The notes below the pieces were generated by a model, which worked only from the letters and a program-made list of their open reading frames with translations, ran no database searches and was not told the DNA's origin. Positions 22,673-31,082 of a stretch of DNA of 64,000 nucleotides are shown one piece after another (position 1 is the first letter of the stretch; each line of letters starts with the position of its first letter). The stretch is from Myxococcota bacterium (lineage in GTDB: Bacteria; Myxococcota_A; Polyangia; Nannocystales; Nannocystaceae): positions 128,001-192,000 of the forward strand of contig JBCCWC010000003.1 in NCBI GenBank assembly GCA_039194325.1, given 5' to 3'. The position numbers were made by a program, and so were the translations under genes.

Positions 22673-23317
22673 GGGAGGGCGTCCAAGTCTGTAGCGCATT
22701 CGCCAGACCCGCTGGCCGCGGGCCCGGGTGGTGTCCTCGCGCTTGGACTGAGCCACAAAGGGGTTGCCTCGCCAAAAACTCCAGGGCCCTAGAAGGTTAC
22801 GCAGCCCCAGGTGCTCAACGGCCGGATCCTCGATCTCCGCCATCGCCTCCAAGGCCACCTCGAACACGTCGCTGGCAAAGTGCAGCTCGCCCCCCGGTCG
22901 CAATTGGCGGCAGACGATCTCGAGCATCCACGGGTCCACCACGCGGCGCTTTTGATGTCGGTTCTTGAACCAGGGGTCGGGAAACAGCAGGTGAAAGGCG
23001 TCCACCGATCGGGGCACGAACACCCGATCGAGATCGACGTTGAGGTTGACGTAGGCGAACGCGAGGTTGGCGAGCCCCTGATGCCGCGCCTTGACGGTAT
23101 TGAGCTTCACCATCGCCTCGCGGATCTCCAAACCCACCACGAAGCGCTCCGGGTGAGCCCGAGCCAGCTGGAACGAAAACTGGGCGTCCGCACAGCCCAG
23201 CTCCACCTCGGTGCGCGGATCGGCGCCAAGTTCGGCTGGGGGCCGCACGGGACCAGCGCGCGGCTTCATGAAGTGAGCCGCCAGCGGATTGACATGCTGA
23301 CGAAGCCGTCGGGGCAC
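22640..23317 (-). CDS. trmB: tRNA (guanine-N7)-methyltransferase
   Basis: RQHVNPL, ELGC, GLEIR, FPDPWFKNRHQKRR, ASDV motifs. Confidence 0.93.
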   Translation of the reverse strand: MPRRLRQHVNPLAAHFMKPRAGPVRPPAELGADPRTEVELGCADAQFSFQLARAHPERFVVGLEIREAMVKLNTVKARHQGLANLAFAYVNLNVDLDRVFVPRSVDAFHLLFPDPWFKNRHQKRRVVDPWMLEIVCRQLRPGGELHFASDVFEVALEAMAEIEDPAVEHLGLRNLLGPWSFWRGNPFVAQSKREDTTRARGQRVWRMRYRLGRPPLAGDERVDRR

Positions 23318-23469
23318 CGGGCGCGGAGGGTACGTCGGCTCCGATGCGGGCCGAAACCCCGGAACCCGACCCGCGGCCCGGACCCGAAGGGGCCGGGTGG
23401 ACCGACATGGGCCGATGTCTCGACCGAAACAGCCGTCGGGGTTTGTCCCCTGGCACGCGGGCGCCGCTG

Positions 23470-24174
23470 ATGGATACCCTGGGCTTCGTGTCCGACCACG
23501 CGGAGCCCTTGACTGCCCAGCAGCACGCGCATCAGGCCGAGGCGCAGCGAGACATCTTGCTCGAAGTGCTAGAGATCTTCACGCACGATCTGAGCAACCC
23601 TTTGCAGAGCCTCATCGTGCTCTCCGAGCTGGCCCTCGACGACACGCCAGAGGGTACGGAGGACTACGATCGGGTGCGCCAGAGCCTGGAGGCGGCCGAG
23701 CGCATGCGGACTCTCGTGCAGGGGCTGGCCGGGCTCACCCGAAGCATCGATGGGCCACGCAACGCCAAGACGGTGGTCGACCGTATCGTGTCGGTGCTCT
23801 CACGTCGCTGGGAGCGCCACCAAATGCGGGTCTCCGTCGACATGGGAGCGATCGAGCACACGCCGACTCCGGCCGTGCTCCAGTCGGTGATGCTCAACCT
23901 CGGCCTCGCCAGCGTCGCCGCGGCGGGTGAGCGCAACCATCCCCGCTATGAGCTGAGCGTGCAGGGCGTCGGTCGGGAGCAAGGCGACGACTTCGTCTGC
24001 GCCCTCGAGGTGACGCTGGTCGGCCACGACGCGGGCGGGACAGCCGCTCCCGTACAGCTGGGTCGATATCACATGGAGCGGGCGGAGCGCCTGCTCGACG
24101 GCAATCCATCGGTGCGTCTGCGGGAGGACGACGGCATGACGATCATCGAGTTTGCGCCGGAGCAGAGGCGGTAA
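23470..24174 (+). CDS. HisKA-containing protein with degenerate HATPase domain (pseudokinase/phosphotransferase-like)
   Basis: H-box FTHDLSNPL present; G1/F/G2 boxes not recognisable; TAATG coupling to next gene. Confidence 0.7.
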   Translation: MDTLGFVSDHAEPLTAQQHAHQAEAQRDILLEVLEIFTHDLSNPLQSLIVLSELALDDTPEGTEDYDRVRQSLEAAERMRTLVQGLAGLTRSIDGPRNAKTVVDRIVSVLSRRWERHQMRVSVDMGAIEHTPTPAVLQSVMLNLGLASVAAAGERNHPRYELSVQGVGREQGDDFVCALEVTLVGHDAGGTAAPVQLGRYHMERAERLLDGNPSVRLREDDGMTIIEFAPEQRR

Positions 24175-25751
24175 TGGCCCGTTCCCCCGTGGAGGGGGCC
24201 ATTCCGCGGGATCTACCCGCGCATCCGCACCCGACTGGGGTCGTGCTCCTCGTCGAGGACGATGACCTCGTCGCCAACGCCCTGCGGATGTTGCTGGTGC
24301 GGGCCGACTACGAGGTCCACATCGCCACCGACTTCTACGAGGCCGTCCCCGCCTTCGAGCGCCAGCCGGTCGACGTGGTGGTCACCGATCTACTGATGCC
24401 CGGCGGCACGGGCCTCGATCTGCTGCGTGAGGTCGAGCAGCGCGACCCCAAGGTCCCGGTCATCATCGTCACCGCCGACCACAGCGTGCAGGCCGCGGCC
24501 GCGGCCGTCCGTGATCACGCCTTCGATTACCTCACCAAGCCCGTCAAGCGCGAGCGCTTGCTCGACACCGTGGGTCGGGCCGTCGCGGCGCGGCGCCAGA
24601 CCCAGATCGAACAGCACGAGCAGCAGCGCCTCCGCGAGGAGCATCGCCAGCTGTCGATCCGCCACCAGCGGACCGCCATGCTGCTGTCGGTCCTCTTACA
24701 CCGCGCCGCTGAGGGGATCGTCGTCGTCGATCCCGAGGGTCGCCTGATCGACGTGAGCGAGAGCTTCGTGTCGCTGGTGGGCAAGCCGCTTTACTCCCTG
24801 CTCGACACCGACCTGCGGGAGTGGTTCGAGCCCAGCCCTACCGGGGGCGACGTGCAGGATCGGGTGATGGGCATGGTGCGCTCGGGCCAAGCCGAGTCGC
24901 ACTGGCGCGGCGAGGTCACCGTGCGCTCGGGCAAGCGCCAGATCCCCGCCCGGATGAGCTTGTCGCTGTGCGAGAGCCCCGAAGACGAGGACCACGGGCC
25001 CACCCGTTACGTGATCGGCCTCGTCTACTTCGAGCAGAGCCACGAGGAGCAGTCGCAGCGACTGCAGCAGGCCGATCGCCTGGCCACCGTGGGCTTGCTC
25101 GCCGGCTCGGCCGCCCACGAGATCAAAAACGAGCTCGGTCCCTTGTTGGGCTACCTGTCCATGATCGAGGGGGGCGGGCCCGATCCCGTCGAGAGCGGGA
25201 TGATCGGCATCATGCAGGACAGCGTGCGCCGGATCAAAGAGCACGTGGAGGAGATCCTCGAGCCGCTTCGCCCGCGCGTGCGCACTCGCGGGGCGGTGGT
25301 GATGCGCGAGTCGGTGGATCAGATCCTCAAGCTGCTGCGCCGGGCCGGTCGGCTACGCCGTATGAAGGTCGAGGTGGTGACCTGCGACGAGGCGGTCGTC
25401 GTGCACGCCGACAAGGACGAGGTGCACCAGATTGCGCTCAACTTGATCAGCAACGCCGTCGACGCGCTAGGGGATGGTGGCGGAGGGGATCGCGGCAGCG
25501 TGATGATCGAGATGGTCCACGAGGGCGAGTACGGCGTGCTCCGGGTGGCCGACGACGGGATGGGGATCAGCGAAGAGCTTCGCGGGCGGGTGTTCGAGCC
25601 CTTCTTCACCACCAAGGGTTCGGCCGGGACCGGGCTGGGGCTGCCCGTGGTGCACGACATCGTGCGTAGCCTGCGAGGGCGCGTGACGCTGGATTGCCCC
25701 GATGCCGGGGGGACGATCGTGACCGTGCAGCTGCCCCGCTATCGAGGGTGA
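24174..25751 (+). CDS. Hybrid REC-PAS-histidine kinase
   Basis: LLVEDD...TDLLMPG...KP receiver; PAS region; AHEIKN H-box; NAVDA, DDGMG, FEPFFTTK, GTGLGL. Confidence 0.93.
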   Translation: MARSPVEGAIPRDLPAHPHPTGVVLLVEDDDLVANALRMLLVRADYEVHIATDFYEAVPAFERQPVDVVVTDLLMPGGTGLDLLREVEQRDPKVPVIIVTADHSVQAAAAAVRDHAFDYLTKPVKRERLLDTVGRAVAARRQTQIEQHEQQRLREEHRQLSIRHQRTAMLLSVLLHRAAEGIVVVDPEGRLIDVSESFVSLVGKPLYSLLDTDLREWFEPSPTGGDVQDRVMGMVRSGQAESHWRGEVTVRSGKRQIPARMSLSLCESPEDEDHGPTRYVIGLVYFEQSHEEQSQRLQQADRLATVGLLAGSAAHEIKNELGPLLGYLSMIEGGGPDPVESGMIGIMQDSVRRIKEHVEEILEPLRPRVRTRGAVVMRESVDQILKLLRRAGRLRRMKVEVVTCDEAVVVHADKDEVHQIALNLISNAVDALGDGGGGDRGSVMIEMVHEGEYGVLRVADDGMGISEELRGRVFEPFFTTKGSAGTGLGLPVVHDIVRSLRGRVTLDCPDAGGTIVTVQLPRYRG

Positions 25752-25809
25752 GCGCTCGGGGGTGAGCGCTCGGGGCCGAGCGCTCGGGGATGAGCGCTCG
25801 GGGCCGAGC
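25750..25809. repeat. Four 14-bp tandem units containing palindrome GAGCGCTC, starting at the kinase stop codon
   Basis: GAGCGCTCGGGG at 25750, 25764, 25778, 25792. Confidence 0.9.
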
Positions 25810-25968
25810 CGGTGCGGAGCGTCAGCGGATCGCTCGCGGATCGCCGTCCGTTGCTCGGTCACGGAAGGGCGAGGCTGGGCGGTGGACGCGCGCCGAGGCG
25901 GTAAATTTCTTGGGACAAGAACTCTGATGCAGGGCACTAGTAGGAGGAAAGCCCTCGCGGAGATATCA

Positions 25969-26466
25969 ATGCCCCAGCCCAAGATCTTCTCGGTTTCCAA
26001 TGCCGGTGCAGAGAACTATACGCTCGATCTCAACCGAGCCGATCACGTCATCATCTATCGCTTCGGCAACTCCACGGTCGAACGCGACTGGCTGTCTCGC
26101 ATGCGGCAGACCAACCGGGGGGGCTTTACCGTCTCGAGCGGGGCCACCCTCAACGAGTGGGCGCTCAAGCAGACCTCCTATGGCAGCAACTCCGAGGGTA
26201 TCCAGAGCAATCCCTTCTTATCAGTGGCAACCAGCTATGACGATCTATTTGCATATGGCGAGGGCTGGGTGCAGGAGATCTTGAAACAGGTGCCTCACCT
26301 CGGCGTGTTCTCGGTCCCCTTCACCAGTGTATATCGACCACGGCCCACCAAGCTCATCTCCCGCCAAGAGACCGAGTGGCTCTACTTCGATGGCGATGCC
26401 GAGCTCTTGAGCACGCTGGTGGAGTGGCGAGACAACCCGTACCGCGCGGGTGAAAACGCGGCGTGA
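25969..26466 (+). CDS. Putative R-S-E clade ADP-ribosyltransferase-fold protein
   Basis: IIYRFG (R), SNPFLSVATS (S motif), QETEWLY (ExE), terminal NPY in canonical order. Confidence 0.6.
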   Translation: MPQPKIFSVSNAGAENYTLDLNRADHVIIYRFGNSTVERDWLSRMRQTNRGGFTVSSGATLNEWALKQTSYGSNSEGIQSNPFLSVATSYDDLFAYGEGWVQEILKQVPHLGVFSVPFTSVYRPRPTKLISRQETEWLYFDGDAELLSTLVEWRDNPYRAGENAA

Positions 26467-26514
26467 GCTCCTCTTCGTCGCGCGAGAGGAGCGATCGAGC
26501 CCGCCGGTCCGATT

Positions 26515-27594
26515 TCACAGCAAGTGCGCCAGGTCTTGCTTGCGGTTGCCCTTGCCGTCGAACACCGCGAACTTCCCCGGGCCGTAGATCCCCGCCCCGC
26601 CAAAACGTCCCTGCTTGTCCACCGTGTAGAACTTCACGTTGAAGTTCGGCTTGCCGTCGTCCCGCAGCAGGCGCTTGACTCGGGTGGCATCCACGATCCG
26701 CTGGCACGCCAGCAGGCACGCGTCGGTGGGGTGCTTGCCGTAGCGCAACCCCTCGATCACCGTGGCGCTACCCACCGTCACGATGTTCGCCTCGCCACGC
26801 CCGGTCGAGCCGGCCGCACCCACCTTGTTGTCCACGAACAACCCCGCGCCGACCAGCGGGCTGTCGCCCACGCGGCCGGGGATCTTGAAGGCCAGCCCCG
26901 AGGTGGTGGTGACCCCCGCGAGGTTGCCGTCGCGGTCGACCGCGTTGCAGTTGATCGTGCCGGTGATCCCGAACATCCCCTCGGCCCCGGGCGGTAGCTC
27001 GTCGCGATCGATGGGCAGCCAGTCGTCGCGATCGGACAGGCTCGACTTCCAGTGCAGCCAGATCTTGCGCGCGTCCTCGGTCAGTAGATCCTGCTCCACG
27101 AAGCCGTGCGCTCGTGCAAAGCGCCGGGCGCCATCCCCCGTCAGCAAGCAGTGGTCGGTGTAGCGCATCACCCTCAGCGCCACCGCAGCCGCGTTCTTGA
27201 TCCGCTCGAGGGCCGCCACCGCCCCCGACAGCCCCGTGGCTCCATCCATCACCGAGGCATCGAGCTGCACCACGCCCTCCTCGTTGGGCAGGCCGCCCAG
27301 GCCCACGCTGTGATCCTTGGGGTCGTCCTCGACCAGGGTCACCCCGGCGACCACCGCGTCGACCACCGGCTTGCCCGCGAGGATCTGCTTCATGGCCGCC
27401 TCGGTGCAGTGTGGAAAGCCGTTGGCCGACGCCACCACCACCGGGTGCGTACCCTTGCCCACCACGGCAGGGGCTGGCCCAGGTGCCTGGGTGGGCGCTT
27501 TGGCGCGGCTGGGGCGAGTGGTGAAGCAACCTGTGCCGAGCACGGCCGAAGAGCGGACCAAGAAGCTGCGGCGCTTGAGGCGACGACGGCGCAT
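26515..27594 (-). CDS. N(4)-(beta-N-acetylglucosaminyl)-L-asparaginase / type 2 asparaginase, Tat-exported
   Basis: KRRSFL Tat motif; SVGLGGLPN, LDASVMDG, GTIN nucleophile Thr, TTSG, GRVGDSP, TGRGE. Confidence 0.92.
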   Translation of the reverse strand: MRRRRLKRRSFLVRSSAVLGTGCFTTRPSRAKAPTQAPGPAPAVVGKGTHPVVVASANGFPHCTEAAMKQILAGKPVVDAVVAGVTLVEDDPKDHSVGLGGLPNEEGVVQLDASVMDGATGLSGAVAALERIKNAAAVALRVMRYTDHCLLTGDGARRFARAHGFVEQDLLTEDARKIWLHWKSSLSDRDDWLPIDRDELPPGAEGMFGITGTINCNAVDRDGNLAGVTTTSGLAFKIPGRVGDSPLVGAGLFVDNKVGAAGSTGRGEANIVTVGSATVIEGLRYGKHPTDACLLACQRIVDATRVKRLLRDDGKPNFNVKFYTVDKQGRFGGAGIYGPGKFAVFDGKGNRKQDLAHLL

Positions 27595-27783
27595 CCCGTC
27601 GAGGCTAACCTCGCGACCTCGGAGTTGCTAAGCCGGCGAGCGGCTCGACGCTGTCCGCCTAGCGCCCCCAAGTCCTCGATGTCGCTCGGCGTGTAAGCAG
27701 ACTGACTCAATTCACGCCTCCGTCCGCGAATTCGATCGAAATTAGCCGGGACAAGGAAGCCGCTCGTCGGACTTGAGGACTGT

Positions 27784-29454
27784 ATGGGAAGGGTAAGGGG
27801 ATGGCCGGCGCTAACGGCCGCGACGCTCGGCACGTTGCTGAGCGGGTGTTACTCCGGCATGGGTGACTTCGATCCGAGCGCGCAGGGTGGGGATCCTGCG
27901 CAAGACTCGCAGGGACCGGAGGGCGACGACGCGGGTGACGACGCGGGCGACGATTCGGGGGATGGAGAGACGGTCGATTGCTCGGCGGGTCCCTCGGTCG
28001 GGGTCGCCCCGCTGCGGCGGCTGACCCGGTCCGAGTACGACAACACCGTGCGCGACCTGCTGGGCGATACCACCCAGCCCGCGCACAACAACTTCTCGCC
28101 CGACGAGGCCTATGGTGGTTTCGCCGCCAACGCGATCGCGCCGATCTCTCAGACCCAGCTCGACGAGTACGCTGCGGCCGCCGATTCGTTGTCGACGACC
28201 TTCGTCGAGACGGGGCTCGGCGACTACGTCGACTGCCCGCTCTCCGACACCGCCTGCGCCACGCAGTTCGTGACCGAGTTCGGTCGGCGGGCGTTCCGTC
28301 GCCCGCTCGAGCCGGTAGAGGTCGACGAGTACGTCGCCCTCTATGAGGATACGCGAGGGGCCTGGGACGGCGCCACCGGCTTCCGCCTGGTGGTGGAGGC
28401 GATGCTCATGTCGCCCAACTTCCTCTATCAGGTCCAGACGGTCCCCGACGGGGCCAGCGAGTCCGACATCATCCCGGTCTTGCCCTACGAGCTGGCCAGT
28501 CGCGTCAGCTACTTCGTCTGGTCGTCGATGCCCGACGACGCCCTGCTGACCGCGGCCGGGGCCGGCGAGCTCGACACCCCCGAGGGGCTCGAGGCACAGA
28601 TCCGGCGCATGCTCGACGACGACCGGGCCGCCGACACGATCGCCAGCTTCACCGAGCAGTGGATGCACCTCGAGGGGCTGGGCGACAAGGTCAAGGACGC
28701 CGAGCTCTTCCCGCAGTGGAGCCCGGCGCTCGCCGAGTCGATGGAGCACGAGGTGCTGGGCTTCGCCGACGAGGTCATCCGCAAGGGAGACGGCTCTCTC
28801 GAGACGCTGCTGACCGCCTCGTGGACCATGGGCGACGAGGCGGTGGCCGAGCTCTACGGCGTGGCTGGCCCCGAGGGCCAGGGCGAGGGGGGCTTCGGAC
28901 GGATCGAGCTGCCCGCCGACGAGCGGGCCGGGCTGCTGACCCAGGTCGGCTTCTTGGCCACCAACGCTCACGCGGCCGAGAACTCCTGGGTGCACCGCGG
29001 CCTATTCGTCCGCGAGAACCTCTTGTGCCAGACCTTGGCCGCGCCGCCGATCGGCGTCGAGGTCAACGACGCCAACGACGCGGGTCGCCTCGAGAACGAG
29101 GAGTGTCGCGGCTGCCACCAGATGATCGATCCGATCGGCTGGGCCTTCGACGACTACGACCCGCTGGGCATGTTCGTCGACGAGGGCGAGCCGGGTGAGG
29201 TCAGCGCCTCTGAGGTCGGCGCCTTCGACGACGTGGTCGCCCTCGCGGGAGCGCTGGCCACCGACCCGATGGTCCACGACTGCATGGCCACCCAGTGGTT
29301 CCGCTACGCGGCGCGCCGGGCTGAAACCCCGGCCGACAGCTGCGCGCTCGACCAGATCAAGGCAAACTTCGGTGCGTCTGGCCAGGACATCCGCGAGCTC
29401 ATCGTGGCCGTGGCAATGTCCGAGGCGTTCCTCTACCACAAGGCATCCGAGTAA
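27784..29454 (+). CDS. DUF1592/DUF1588/DUF1585/DUF1587/DUF1595 lipoprotein
   Basis: Lipobox LSGC; LRRLTRSEYDNTVRDLLG, RRAFRRP, ELASRVSYFVWSSMPD, RAGLLTQ, CRGCH. Confidence 0.92.
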   Translation: MGRVRGWPALTAATLGTLLSGCYSGMGDFDPSAQGGDPAQDSQGPEGDDAGDDAGDDSGDGETVDCSAGPSVGVAPLRRLTRSEYDNTVRDLLGDTTQPAHNNFSPDEAYGGFAANAIAPISQTQLDEYAAAADSLSTTFVETGLGDYVDCPLSDTACATQFVTEFGRRAFRRPLEPVEVDEYVALYEDTRGAWDGATGFRLVVEAMLMSPNFLYQVQTVPDGASESDIIPVLPYELASRVSYFVWSSMPDDALLTAAGAGELDTPEGLEAQIRRMLDDDRAADTIASFTEQWMHLEGLGDKVKDAELFPQWSPALAESMEHEVLGFADEVIRKGDGSLETLLTASWTMGDEAVAELYGVAGPEGQGEGGFGRIELPADERAGLLTQVGFLATNAHAAENSWVHRGLFVRENLLCQTLAAPPIGVEVNDANDAGRLENEECRGCHQMIDPIGWAFDDYDPLGMFVDEGEPGEVSASEVGAFDDVVALAGALATDPMVHDCMATQWFRYAARRAETPADSCALDQIKANFGASGQDIRELIVAVAMSEAFLYHKASE

Positions 29455-29469
29455 GAGGAGGACCTGACC

Positions 29470-30816
29470 ATGACCCGACGAACCTTCTCGAGCTTCAACC
29501 GCCGCAACTTCCTCCGCGGGGCCGGGGTGGCCACCGCGGCCGGCATGGGGCTGCCCTTCCTCTCGAGCCTGGTCGCGCAGGCGGCCGATGAGGATCGCGC
29601 CAAGCGGCTCATCATCTTCTTCACGCCCAACGAGTCGATCGACCGTGAGCACTGGCTGCCGCCGGGCAACGGGGACAACTTCGCGCTCACCGCGCTGCCC
29701 GACGAGATGGCTTCGCTCGAGCCCTATCGCGATCAGCTGCTGATGATCGGCGACCTCGAGATGAGCAGCCGCCTCGACGACCCCCACCCCGGCGGCCACA
29801 TCGGGATCGGCCATTTGCTGGTCGGGCGCAAGACCACCCCGATCGGCCCCAACGAGGGGCAGCAGTGGGGCAGCGGGCTCTCGGTCGACCAGTACATCGC
29901 CCAGCAGCTGGGCATGGATCCGCTGACCCTCGGGGTGCGGGTCTCGGGCAGCAACGGTAACTCGCGGATCTCCTACCTCGGCGACAGCCAGCCGGTCATC
30001 CCCGTGACCGACCCGATCGTGGCCTTCGACAACCTCTTTGCCGACGCGCTGCTACCCGCCGAGGAGCTCGCCGCCCTCAAGGCGCAGCGCCTGTCCGTGC
30101 TCGACCGAGTGGCCGGCGATCTGAACCGCATCAAGAGCCGGCTGTCGACCGAAGCGCGCAACAAGCTCGACGTCCACACCACCATGATCCGGGACCTCGA
30201 GCTCAAGATCGAGTCCGACCAGGTCTTCGATTGCGATCCCACCTCGCCCGGGGGCGGCATGGACTATAGCTCCAACGCCAATTTCCCCACTGCGGTGCGG
30301 CGGCAGGTCGACGTGATGATCCAGGCCCTGGGCTGCGGGATCACCGATGTCGCCTCTATCCAGGTGGGCAACTCGGGCGCCGGCAACATCACCCCGATCT
30401 GGCCCGAGGAGGGGATCGACATCAACGTCGATTACCACAACATCGTGCACGACTATAACAACGACCCCGGGAACGGGACGATCCGAAACCGCCGCGAGCA
30501 GGTGGAGACGTTCTTCTACGGGTTGTTCGCCTACTTGCTCGAGCAGCTGCGCGCCACCCCCGAGGGGGATGGCACCACCATGCTCGACAATTCGCTGGTG
30601 CTGTGGATGAAACCCATTGCGTACAAGCACCGTTTCGATCAATTCTTGTTCATGCTCGCCGGTTCGGCGAATGGTCAGCTCAACACCGGTAGGTTTGTCT
30701 CCTTCCCTGGACAGCCACACAACAACCTGCTGGTGAACCTGTGCAATATGATGGGGCTGGACGATACGTCCTATGGTGATGCTCAGTATTGCACCGGTGC
30801 GCTCGACCTTGGGTGA
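29470..30816 (+). CDS. DUF1552 domain protein, Tat-exported
   Basis: NRRNFLRGAG Tat motif, LPFLSSL, SVDQYIA, TPEGDGTTMLDNS; canonical partner of DUF1592. Confidence 0.92.
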   Translation: MTRRTFSSFNRRNFLRGAGVATAAGMGLPFLSSLVAQAADEDRAKRLIIFFTPNESIDREHWLPPGNGDNFALTALPDEMASLEPYRDQLLMIGDLEMSSRLDDPHPGGHIGIGHLLVGRKTTPIGPNEGQQWGSGLSVDQYIAQQLGMDPLTLGVRVSGSNGNSRISYLGDSQPVIPVTDPIVAFDNLFADALLPAEELAALKAQRLSVLDRVAGDLNRIKSRLSTEARNKLDVHTTMIRDLELKIESDQVFDCDPTSPGGGMDYSSNANFPTAVRRQVDVMIQALGCGITDVASIQVGNSGAGNITPIWPEEGIDINVDYHNIVHDYNNDPGNGTIRNRREQVETFFYGLFAYLLEQLRATPEGDGTTMLDNSLVLWMKPIAYKHRFDQFLFMLAGSANGQLNTGRFVSFPGQPHNNLLVNLCNMMGLDDTSYGDAQYCTGALDLG

Positions 30817-30832
30817 AGGCAGGAATGCCATG

Positions 30833-30994
30833 CACCCCTTCGATGGCCGCTTGGATCTCAAGGGACGGAGATCAGAGCGGCTCTCGTCGTTGGTAGGAGC
30901 CGGCCCGAGCGGCCGGCGAGGGTAGGACGCCCGACACCCCTTCGAAGCCGCCTGGGTCCTAAGGGACGAGGATCCAGGCGGCTCTCGTCGTTGG
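30833..30994. repeat. Two ~60-bp imperfect direct repeats each forming a 14-bp hairpin with identical AAGGGACG loop (candidate structured RNA/REP-like element)
   Basis: Copies 30833-30893 and 30935-30994; stem differences are mostly compensatory. Confidence 0.85.
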
Positions 30995-31082
30995 AGCGGC
31001 GGGAGGGAGTCCACCAAACCTTGAATTTCGGGCGAATTACGGCATTTCGCGAGACAAAAGCCCGTGCGCGTTATCGTGAGCC

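Noticed and set aside
25750..25809. Palindromic repeats as a mini-CRISPR array
   Set aside because: 14-bp period with only 2-nt variable gaps, no spacers, no cas genes in the window
30833..30994. Tandem glycine riboswitch on the minus strand (GAGAG-stem-CGAAGG) or intrinsic terminator
   Set aside because: CUCUCAGG motif absent, no minus-strand gene downstream; no U-tract after the hairpins
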